Origin: an uncultured Anaerolineales bacterium
GTDB lineage: Bacteria; Planctomycetota; Phycisphaerae; FEN-1346
DNA length: 64,000 nt
Assembly: GCA_964397995.1 (NCBI GenBank)
Contig: CAYNLG010000005.1
Coordinates: forward strand, 322 to 64,321
Direction: 5' to 3'
This document shows, one piece after another, positions 30,329 through 38,224 of the stretch. Under the pieces are notes generated by a model. The model saw only the letters and a program-made list of their open reading frames with translations, did no database searches and had not been told where the DNA came from. The position numbers and the translations under genes were made by a program. Each line of letters begins with the position of its first letter. Position 1 is the stretch's first letter.

Positions 30329-31180
30329 ATGTCCCGCCCCCGGTCAGCGTTGCCCCACTCGTTTGCTCGTGCCTGGTACGGGACCTGCCTCAAGGTCCGG
30401 TGGGCGGACTGGCGGGACGCCCACCACAAGCAGCACGCGGCGCGCGACCACTATTCGCTGGCGGGCGTTCTGGCCGGTCGACTGGCCCTGCGTTCCTACA
30501 AGTTCAACCTCGTCCTGGCCGCTGGCGAGGCGGCCATCCTCCCGCCGGGCTTTGGGCACACCGCGGAGGCGGCCCTCGTCGATGGAGCCTGCCGGGTCCT
30601 CGAGGTGGGCTTCTCCGTGGAGGCCGCCGACGGCATGGCCGACGCCCTGGCCGGCCTGCCGCTTCCGTGTGCCGTGCGGTTCTCCGGCACGAGGCCGTGG
30701 CGGGTATGGGGGGAGCGGCTGACGCGGGCCCTGAGCGGGCGCGCCGTGACGGACCGCCTCCGGGCGCGACCCCACCTTGACCAGTTGCTTGCGGACTACC
30801 TGGCATGTGGTTTCGAGCAGGGGGTGCTCCGGGAGTGGCCCCACCGTCCCATGCCGGAGTGGCTTCAGGCCGCCGAGCAGGTGATTGTCCGCGAGTACCG
30901 GTCGCCGCAGTTCGATTTGGCCCGGCTGGCGCAGATACTCGGGGTGTCTCTGGGTCACCTGAAACGGGCGTTTCGCGACGCGTTCGGTACGCCCCCGGGC
31001 GCACGCCTCCGTTCGGTACGTCTCGAGAACGCGTCCAGGATGTTGCGCTCCAACCCCGAGCTCAGCATTGGCGAAGTGGCGGGCCGGTGCGGCTACGCCC
31101 GCCTGACGTCATTCGACCGGGCCTTCGTCCGACATTACGGCGTGCCGCCGAGCGCCCTGCGCAGCCGGCGGCAGCCGTAG
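30329..31180 (+). CDS. AraC-family transcriptional regulator
   Basis: C-terminal double HTH: LAQILGVSLGHLKRAFRDAFG ... IGEVAGRCGYARLTSFDRAFVRHYGVPPSALR. Confidence 0.8.
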   Translation: MSRPRSALPHSFARAWYGTCLKVRWADWRDAHHKQHAARDHYSLAGVLAGRLALRSYKFNLVLAAGEAAILPPGFGHTAEAALVDGACRVLEVGFSVEAADGMADALAGLPLPCAVRFSGTRPWRVWGERLTRALSGRAVTDRLRARPHLDQLLADYLACGFEQGVLREWPHRPMPEWLQAAEQVIVREYRSPQFDLARLAQILGVSLGHLKRAFRDAFGTPPGARLRSVRLENASRMLRSNPELSIGEVAGRCGYARLTSFDRAFVRHYGVPPSALRSRRQP

Positions 31181-31332
31181 AGCCGTGGCCGCCGTGTGGG
31201 GCCGCCTTGGCGTCGTGATCCCGTTCGGTTGTCCCGGTTGCTCCGGGCCGTCGCTCAGTCGTATAGTCTGGGAGAGGGGTGCCTGGCGGAGATGCGGCTG
31301 CCGGGATTGCCACGTTTTTCGAAAGGACCACG

Positions 31333-32241
31333 ATGCGACGATTCCTTCTGGTGGGCGGCACCGCGCTGGCCGCCGTGTGCGGTTGGGCGGTCGCCGCTTG
31401 GGCCGCCGACGACTTCAATCCGCCGTCCTGGGTCGATACCGACGGCAACGGCAAGCGCGACAACCGGGACGCGCACTTTCTGGAGCCCGGTGAGTTGCTC
31501 GTGATCGGTGTGAACCCGGACTGGGACCCACCGGCGCACTCGACCTCGTACCATTGGCACTGGTGGCCGACGCAGCCGTCCTTTGCTGCTCAAGGCTACT
31601 ACGAAGAGTACGACGCCTTCGTCTCAGACACATGGTACATGCCCGACCACCAGCAGAACCTCTGGAAGCAGGACGGGGCGGGGGGGCCGTGGGTGGAGCA
31701 CTCGCCCGCCCCCATGCCGCGCGCCTGGGCTCACGTGACGCCCCCCGTCGACACCCCGCGTTGGGAGGGGCAGTCCGTGCCGGCCGGGATGCCCCGCGGC
31801 CAGATTCTCAGCGGGGTGCATGGCGGCGTGACCTGGAGCGCGGACGAGCCGAACGGGACATACGGCGGGGTATTCGAGATGCCGCTCTGGATGGGGCTGG
31901 CCCTGCCCGAGACGCGGGTGCGGCTGCAGTACGGCGGCGGGTATGGGTCCTATGGTGACTACACGTACTGGACGACCACCCTCGAGGGGTTCGCCGACGG
32001 CTCAACGGTGGCCAACGTGCCCGTGGTGCGGACCTACCGGAGCCCGGTGGATGGGACGATCTACTACGAGGACTGGACGTTTGCCGGGTGTCCCGACTGG
32101 ATGCGGCTGACCATCGACTTCACGGGGACGGGGCCGGTCGATCAGGTGCTGATCGATACGATCGCGGTGCCAGAGCCGACGACCCTTGCGCTGGTCGGCC
32201 TCGGGCTGGCGAGGCTGGTTCGACGGCGCCGGGCCGCGTGA
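31333..32241 (+). CDS. secreted PEP-CTERM protein
   Basis: Signal peptide MRRFLLVGGTALAAVCGWAVAAWA and a C-terminal IAVPEPTTLALVGLGLARLVRRRRAA. Confidence 0.65.
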   Translation: MRRFLLVGGTALAAVCGWAVAAWAADDFNPPSWVDTDGNGKRDNRDAHFLEPGELLVIGVNPDWDPPAHSTSYHWHWWPTQPSFAAQGYYEEYDAFVSDTWYMPDHQQNLWKQDGAGGPWVEHSPAPMPRAWAHVTPPVDTPRWEGQSVPAGMPRGQILSGVHGGVTWSADEPNGTYGGVFEMPLWMGLALPETRVRLQYGGGYGSYGDYTYWTTTLEGFADGSTVANVPVVRTYRSPVDGTIYYEDWTFAGCPDWMRLTIDFTGTGPVDQVLIDTIAVPEPTTLALVGLGLARLVRRRRAA

Positions 32242-32272
32242 CTGTCGGCCCCGCGCCGTTGCGGTGTGCCGT

Positions 32273-33850
32273 TCACGGCCGCGACGCCCGCAGGTCGTAG
32301 CACGCCACGCCTCCCTTGCGGTGGACGACCAGCCGCCCGTCGGCCAGGGCCGGCGTCGTGCACCGGTAGACGCCGAGGCGGTCCTTCCCGAGCTCACTGA
32401 ACGCCTTCGGGTCGGCGGCCAGCAGCAGCGTCGTCTTGCCGCCCGAGACGGTGGCGACGACCTTCCCGTCGGCCGCCACCGCGGAGGTCACGTCCACCTT
32501 CGGGGCCGCCTCGTTCCAGGCGATCTTGCCGGTCTTGGCCTCGACGCAGACCGCCCGGCCGTCGACGACGGCATAGACGTGTCCGCCCATCATGACGGGG
32601 CTGGCGCCGCGCGTCTTGACGGGCACGCTCCAGAGCTGCGTGGCCGCCTCCGGCGTCAGGCGATAGGCCACAAGGCCGAGGTCGTCGCGGTCGGTCGTGA
32701 CGGCCGCGATGTTGCCCGCGACGGCCGGCGTCGACCACTTGCCGCCGGGCACCCGCCATGCCACCGCGCCGGTCTTCAGGTCGACGCAGCACAGGTCCTT
32801 CTCGGTGTTCGCGAGCACGTACGCCTGGGCTCCCGGCCGCCAGAGGACGGGCGAGCCGTGCCTGCCCTTGACCTCGGGCTGTTCCCAGCGGACCTCGCCG
32901 GTGGCCGCGTCGAGCGCCCGGAGATGGCCAGCCATGACGACGACCAGCCCGTCGGCCGCCAGTGGCGAGGTCGTGATGTCGCCGCCTCCGACCTTCGCCT
33001 CCCATCGTTTCTCGCCCGACGCCAGATCCAGGGCCCAGACCTGGCCGTCGGAGCCGGTGGCGTATGCGATGTCGCCCGCGACGCAGGGCGTGCCGGACGC
33101 GCGGCCGCTCGGGCGCCCGGCGAAGGTTGCCTGCCAGAGGGTGCGGCCGTCGCCCAAGGCGAGACAGAGGACGACGTCCTTCGCCTCCTTCCGTTCGGTG
33201 GGAATCTCCCGCGCGACGGCCTTCTGCACGTCCTCGTCCAAGCCCTTCTCGGCGAACCAGGCGTCGAGAGCGTCTTGCGTCGGGAACGTCCGGTCGGCGA
33301 TCTCGGCCAGCGTCTCCAGCGTGGCCAGGTCGAGGGCCTTCCGGCCGCGCTTGAGGCGGTCCTTGACGTCGCGGCCGTGGGCCTCGCGCTGGGCCTCCGT
33401 CAGGTGCTTCTCGCCCCAGGCATCGATCCAGGCGTCGCGCTCCTTGCCGTCGAGAGCCTCGCGTTCGTCGCTGGTGCGGGCGGCCTCGACCTTGGCGGCC
33501 ACGTCGGGCGGCAGGGGCGTCTTCGGCCGGCCGAGCCTCTCCAGGGCCTTCGCGGTCAGCGTCCGCTCGGGGAACGGCACGGCGTAGTTGTGCGCCATGT
33601 ACATAATCACCCGGTCGCCCGCCACCGTGGGGCTCGCATAGCCGCCCTCCGGGACGTCGGTTCGGTCCCAGGCGAGCGGCGGCCCGTCCTCCGGCCACGC
33701 GGCCAAGAGGGCGGGGCTGTCGGAGGCCGCGCCCGTCCCGGCGGCGTCCCCACGCCAGCACGGCCAGTCGCCGGCGGTTGCGGCTGACGCCAGGCCGGCC
33801 AGAAGGAACAGAACGGTCATTGCGGTCGAGGGCGCGGGCGGGCGAGTCAT
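32273..33850 (-). CDS. PQQ-like beta-propeller repeat protein (paralog of the 26165-27793 gene)
   Basis: Shares the N-terminal DWPCWRGD motif and ALD..TGE..W blade repeats. Has an inserted charged helical segment. Confidence 0.7.
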   Translation of the reverse strand: MTRPPAPSTAMTVLFLLAGLASAATAGDWPCWRGDAAGTGAASDSPALLAAWPEDGPPLAWDRTDVPEGGYASPTVAGDRVIMYMAHNYAVPFPERTLTAKALERLGRPKTPLPPDVAAKVEAARTSDEREALDGKERDAWIDAWGEKHLTEAQREAHGRDVKDRLKRGRKALDLATLETLAEIADRTFPTQDALDAWFAEKGLDEDVQKAVAREIPTERKEAKDVVLCLALGDGRTLWQATFAGRPSGRASGTPCVAGDIAYATGSDGQVWALDLASGEKRWEAKVGGGDITTSPLAADGLVVVMAGHLRALDAATGEVRWEQPEVKGRHGSPVLWRPGAQAYVLANTEKDLCCVDLKTGAVAWRVPGGKWSTPAVAGNIAAVTTDRDDLGLVAYRLTPEAATQLWSVPVKTRGASPVMMGGHVYAVVDGRAVCVEAKTGKIAWNEAAPKVDVTSAVAADGKVVATVSGGKTTLLLAADPKAFSELGKDRLGVYRCTTPALADGRLVVHRKGGVACYDLRASRP

Positions 33851-34077
33851 TGGCGGCTCCGGAGTATCACTGGGGCTCTTGCGTCACGGGCACGGTGTCC
33901 GTGATGCCGTATAGTAGGCGCCTGCCGCCGCACGTCCAGGGGCTTGGGCGGGGCTCCTCCCACGGTGCGGACGCGAGCCCTCCTCCTCGCGGATCGGTTT
34001 TCCGGTAGCCCCCGCGGGTCCGTGTGGCCTACAATAGCCGTCACGGTTCCTGACCTGAACCCACGAGGAGGCGGCGC

Positions 34078-34581
34078 ATGACGCTCAGTGAGAAGCTTTG
34101 CGGCATTTTGAAGATGGGCATCGAGAAGGAGCAGGCGGCCCACGACTTCTACCTGCGGGCGGCCGACAATACCGACAACGTGCTCGGCAAGCAGATGTTC
34201 GAACGGTTGGCGGGCGAGGAGGCCAATCACGAGACGCTGCTCCGGGACTGGTCGACCGAGGGCGAGTGCCCGGTCGAGGCCACCTTCGAGCCGCCCGACA
34301 AGGAACTCCTGGAGCGCGGCTACACGCAGGTGGACAAGACGGTCCAGCCGACGTCCGACGATCTGGAGGCCATCGAACTCGGCCGCAAGATGGAACGCAA
34401 GGCCATCGACTTCTACCAGGCCGCCGCCGCCGACGCCGACGACGAGGAATCGAAGAACCTGTTGATGCGGCTGAAGGCCGAGGAGGATCGGCACCTGGCG
34501 CTGTTGACCGACCTCTACGATTACATGAAGGATCCGAACCTCTGGAGTGTCCGGGACGAGGGCGCCCACTTCGACTCCTAG
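34078..34581 (+). CDS. ferritin-like / rubrerythrin-family protein
   Basis: Paired EExH-type helices (AGEEANHE ... AEEDRHLA), typical of diiron ferritin-like domains. Confidence 0.7.
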   Translation: MTLSEKLCGILKMGIEKEQAAHDFYLRAADNTDNVLGKQMFERLAGEEANHETLLRDWSTEGECPVEATFEPPDKELLERGYTQVDKTVQPTSDDLEAIELGRKMERKAIDFYQAAAADADDEESKNLLMRLKAEEDRHLALLTDLYDYMKDPNLWSVRDEGAHFDS

Positions 34582-34817
34582 GCGGCTCGGGACGCTCCGG
34601 ATCGCCCACGGCCGCGCGGCACGCCAAAGTCATCGAACACTTGCATGGCCATGCCGCCGCGGTATACTGGATGTCCGGCCAAAGGGCGGGAGAGGCGACC
34701 GGCGTTGCCGGTCGGCCGCGTCCCGCCGTCTCGGAAACGGTTGCCGACGCGCGGCGCGCGTGCGCCGGGGTACGGCAGGCGTGGACACGAAAGGCAGAAC
34801 GCCGAAAGGAGGCGGGG

Positions 34818-35048
34818 ATGAAGGGGCTCGCGTACTGGTTGCTGGTGGCGCTCGTGGCAATGCCGGTGATGCTCGTCGGTTGCGCTGAGGATGACACCGG
34901 CGAGGACGTGGAAGAGGCGTTGGAGGAGGCCGGCGAGGCCGCCGAGGAGGGCCTGGAAGAGGCCGGCGAAGGCATGGAAGAGGCTCCCGAAGCGACCGAA
35001 GAGGCTCTTGAGGAGGCGGCCGAGGAGACCGAAGAGGCCGTCGAGTAG
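34818..35048 (+). CDS. small acidic lipoprotein
   Basis: AAGGAGG SD, signal with lipobox LVGC, then an extremely acidic low-complexity tail (EEALEEAGEAAEEGLEEAGEGMEE...). Confidence 0.5.
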   Translation: MKGLAYWLLVALVAMPVMLVGCAEDDTGEDVEEALEEAGEAAEEGLEEAGEGMEEAPEATEEALEEAAEETEEAVE

Positions 35049-35089
35049 ACGCGCCGCCGCGAACCAGGAAAGGTGCATACGGAAGGAAG

Positions 35090-35401
35090 GTGCCCATGAC
35101 ACGTCTGACGATGCTGCTGGCGGCGATGTGGGTTGTGGCCGGGCTTGTCGCGGCCGGGTGCAGCGGCAGCGCCCCGGAGGAAGAGCCGACGGTGGGCGAC
35201 CACCTGGAGCGGGCCGCCGAGGAACTCGGCAAGGCCACCCAGAAGGCCGGCGACAATGTCGAGGAAAGAGCCGCCGAACTTCGGGATGCCGCCGAAGAGG
35301 TCTATGAGGAGGTCTCCGAAGACGCGGCTGACACCGCCGACGAGGCCGCCGACGAGGCCGAAGACGCCGCCGACGAACTCGAAGAGGCCGTTGACGAGTA
35401 A
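35090..35401 (+). CDS. small acidic lipoprotein (paralog of preceding gene)
   Basis: Signal with lipobox LVAAGCSG followed by an acidic tail (DAAEEVYEEVSEDAADTADEAADEAEDAADELEE). Confidence 0.5.
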   Translation: MPMTRLTMLLAAMWVVAGLVAAGCSGSAPEEEPTVGDHLERAAEELGKATQKAGDNVEERAAELRDAAEEVYEEVSEDAADTADEAADEAEDAADELEEAVDE

Positions 35402-35459
35402 CGGCCGCATCACATGACCGATTGACCGGTCGGGCGCCGGCCATGGGGGCGGCGCCCGT

Positions 35460-36494
35460 TTGGCTTTCCGGGGAGAGAGGCCTGTGCCCACCTATGTCGT
35501 GACCGGCGGCGCCGGTTTCATCGGCACCAACTTCGTGCGGCTCGTCCTACGCGAGCGCCCGGACGTCCACGTGGTGAACCTGGACCTGCTCACCTACGCG
35601 GGCAACCTCGCCAACCTGGACGGGTTGCCGGAGGACCGTCACACCTTCCGCCGCGTCGACATCACGCTGCCGGAGGCCGTGGCCGACGCCGTGCCGGAAG
35701 GGGCCGACGCCCTCGTCAACTTCGCCGCCGAAAGCCACGTCGACCGGTCGATCCTCGGCGCGGTCGCGTTCGCCCATACCAACGTGGTCGGCACCCAGGT
35801 GCTCCTCGATGTCGCCCGCCAGAGAGGCGTCAAACGGTATCTCCAGGTCTCGACCGACGAGGTCTACGGCTCGCTCGGGCCGGAGGACACGCCGTTCACC
35901 GAGGCGACGCCGCTCGCCCCGAGCAGCCCCTATGCCGCCAGCAAGGCCGGGGCGGATCACCTGGTCCACGCGGCCGGGCATACGTTCGGCCTGGAGGCCT
36001 GCATCACGCGGTGCGCGAACAACTACGGCCCGTGGCACTTCCCCGAGAAGCTGATTCCCCTGGTCATCACGAACGCCCTGGAGGACGTCGAGATTCCCGT
36101 CTACGGCGACGGTCGCCAAGTCCGCGACTGGATCCACGCCGAGGATCACGCCCGGGCGATCCTGGCGGTTCTGGACGGCGGGAGGCCGGGAGCGGTCTAC
36201 AACGTCGGCGCCCGGTGCGAGCGGTACAACCTCGACGTCGTCAAGATGATTCTGGGCCTGACGGGCAAGCCCGAGTCGCTGATCCGCTACGTCACCGACC
36301 GGCCGGGCCACGACCGGCGGTACGCGATGGACCCGACGCTCCTGGAGACCGAACTCGACTGGAAGCCGCGCATCGACTTCGAGGACGGCCTGGCGGCGAC
36401 GGTCGAGTGGTATCGCCAGCACCGCGCGTGGTGGCAGGCGGTGAAGGACGGGTCGTACCGGCAGTTTTACGAGACATGGTATGGCGGGCGATAG
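35460..36494 (+). CDS. rfbB: dTDP-glucose 4,6-dehydratase
   Basis: TGGAGFIG NAD motif, catalytic YxxxK (YAASKAGADHLV), and a characteristic C-terminus. The true start may be the GTG 24 nt downstream. Confidence 0.85.
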   Translation: MAFRGERPVPTYVVTGGAGFIGTNFVRLVLRERPDVHVVNLDLLTYAGNLANLDGLPEDRHTFRRVDITLPEAVADAVPEGADALVNFAAESHVDRSILGAVAFAHTNVVGTQVLLDVARQRGVKRYLQVSTDEVYGSLGPEDTPFTEATPLAPSSPYAASKAGADHLVHAAGHTFGLEACITRCANNYGPWHFPEKLIPLVITNALEDVEIPVYGDGRQVRDWIHAEDHARAILAVLDGGRPGAVYNVGARCERYNLDVVKMILGLTGKPESLIRYVTDRPGHDRRYAMDPTLLETELDWKPRIDFEDGLAATVEWYRQHRAWWQAVKDGSYRQFYETWYGGR

Positions 36495-36553
36495 GGCCGC
36501 CCCTAACCGAAACCCGGCTTGACATCGGTGCCGCGGCGCCCATCCTGGGGGCC

Positions 36554-37510
36554 ATGCCCCGCGAACGCCCCCGTACCGACCAGGATTTGTCGGCCCCGCC
36601 TGTCCGCCGCTACGCCGGGCCCATCGTCGATTCGCACACCCACACGCGGGACCCGGAGACGGTCCGCCTTCTCATGGAGGCGGCCGACGCCTACGGCATC
36701 GGCATCGTGTGCGGCATCACACACGCCGAGCACATCGCGCCGCTGCAGGCGGCCTTCGGCGACCGGTACCGGCCCATCATTTGGGTCGACTCGACGCACG
36801 TCCGCGACGCGGCGCGCTTTGCCGAGGAGAACGTCCCTCGCATTCGCGAGGCCCGGGCGCGGGGGGCGGTGGCGGCCAAGTTCTGGCAAGCCCCGCGGTT
36901 CTACGCTGAGACGGGCCAGCGGCTCGATGCGCCCGTCTTCACACCCGTCTTCGAGACGCTCAGCGAACTCGGCATGCCCGCCCTCGTGCACATCGCCGAC
37001 CCGGACGCCTGGTTCGAGACGCGGTACCTGGACGCGGCGGTCTACGGGACGAAGGAAGAGCAGTACACGGCCCTGGAGGCGGTGCTTGCCGCGCATCCGG
37101 GCGTGACGCTCGTCGGCGCCCACTTCGGCGGCGACCCGGAGCACCTGGACCACCTGCGGGCGCTGATGGCGGCCTACCCGAACTATTGCGTCGACACGAG
37201 CGCCACCAAGTGGATTGCCCGGGAGATCTCGCGCCGGCCGGAGGCGGCCCGGGCGTTCCTCCGCGACCACGCGGACCGCATCCTTTTCGGCAGCGACATC
37301 GTCACCTTTCCGGACGCGACGTTCGAGGACTACGCCTCGCGGTACTGGGTCCACCGCTGGCTGTGGGAGGGCACCGGCCCGGCCACCTCGCCGATTCCGG
37401 ACCCGCACGCGGCCGATCCGGACCGACCGGGGATTGAGGGCCTGAACCTGCCGGACGACGTCCTGGAGCGGGTTTACCGGGCGAACGTGACCGCCCTCTA
37501 CGGCCTCTGA
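36554..37510 (+). CDS. amidohydrolase-family (TIM-barrel metal-dependent hydrolase) protein
   Basis: Metal-ligand-like HTH near the N-terminus (IVDSHTHT) and a conserved C-terminal aspartate region (FGSDIV). Confidence 0.65.
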   Translation: MPRERPRTDQDLSAPPVRRYAGPIVDSHTHTRDPETVRLLMEAADAYGIGIVCGITHAEHIAPLQAAFGDRYRPIIWVDSTHVRDAARFAEENVPRIREARARGAVAAKFWQAPRFYAETGQRLDAPVFTPVFETLSELGMPALVHIADPDAWFETRYLDAAVYGTKEEQYTALEAVLAAHPGVTLVGAHFGGDPEHLDHLRALMAAYPNYCVDTSATKWIAREISRRPEAARAFLRDHADRILFGSDIVTFPDATFEDYASRYWVHRWLWEGTGPATSPIPDPHAADPDRPGIEGLNLPDDVLERVYRANVTALYGL

Positions 37511-37593
37511 CGCGGGGCGTCGCGGTTTGCCGCCATCGGGGCGCGCCTGCGCTTGACATGCGGCCCGCGGGACGTACACTGGGGCGCTGCCGT

Positions 37594-37669
37594 GGCGGCG
37601 TAGCTCAGGGGCTAGAGCAGGGGATTCATAAGCCCAAGGTCGGTGGTTCGAATCCACCCGCCGCCACCA
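37594..37669 (+). tRNA. tRNA-Met (anticodon CAT; elongator-type G1-C72), CCA encoded
   Basis: Acceptor GGCGGCG/CGCCGCC, D-arm GCTC..GAGC, anticodon loop TTCATAA, T-arm GGTGG-TTCGAAT-CCACC, discriminator A, then CCA. The anticodon stem has only 3 WC pairs (GGG/CCC), so tRNA-Ile2 (lysidine) cannot be excluded. Confidence 0.85.
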
Positions 37670-37925
37670 TCGTCCTTCGCCGGGGCCGCGGCACGGCGGC
37701 GCCGGAGCCCCGCCCACGAACGCGACGCACTTTCATATGCACGCTTCTTGCTACCGCTGTCCGGTTGCTGGGCGCGGGGCGGCGCGCGGGGGCCGGGCGG
37801 CAGGCGGCAGGCCCGGTTGGCGGCGCGCGCCAGAGTGTATAATTGTATCCTGGAGTATCGCGCCGGGCGTACACCGGAGTATACGTTTGTAGCCTATAGT
37901 ATCGCGCCGCCGCCCCGAATTGGCC

Positions 37926-38049
37926 TTTTTTTGGCTTCTTTTGACTTTTTTCATGCCTTTTTTTGGCCTCTGGTGGTTTTTTTTGTGCCCGTTTTGTCTT
38001 TTTTTTGCCTTCGTTTGGCTTTTTTGTGGCGGTTTTTGTCTTTTTTTTC
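37926..38049. promoter_or_regulatory. helically phased T-tracts (about 11 tracts of 4-9 T, mean spacing ~10.6 bp): intrinsically curved AT-rich DNA upstream of the island gene
   Basis: Read directly in the sequence: T-runs centred at ~37929, 37940, 37948, 37961, 37980, 37993, 38003, 38016, 38023, 38036, 38045. Local GC is far below the ~70% background. Confidence 0.5.
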
Positions 38050-38224
38050 TCCGGGTGCCGTCGAGACGGCCGCGCGACCCCTTCAGGCGGCCGGCGCCGT
38101 GAAACGGGGCAAGATGGGCAGTATGGAGAAAATGCGGAGGCCGGAATGCGGAATGCAGGCAACGGCTCACGACCGGGCGCGCGGCGTGCGTGGGAACGAG
38201 GTGACTGGGTGACTGGGCAACTAG

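Noticed and set aside
33847-34569. 240-aa minus-strand ORF
   Set aside because: It is antisense to the well-supported ferritin-like gene and has a low-complexity translation.
34098-35048. 316-aa ORF 34098-35048 +
   Set aside because: It runs in a different frame through the ferritin-like gene. Only its last 76 codons (from the ATG at 34818 with an AAGGAGG SD) look like a real gene, the acidic lipoprotein.
37558-38212. ORFs 37558-37842 + and 37643-38212 + overlapping tRNA-Met
   Set aside because: They overlap a canonical tRNA gene and continue into AT-rich non-coding DNA, so they are spurious.
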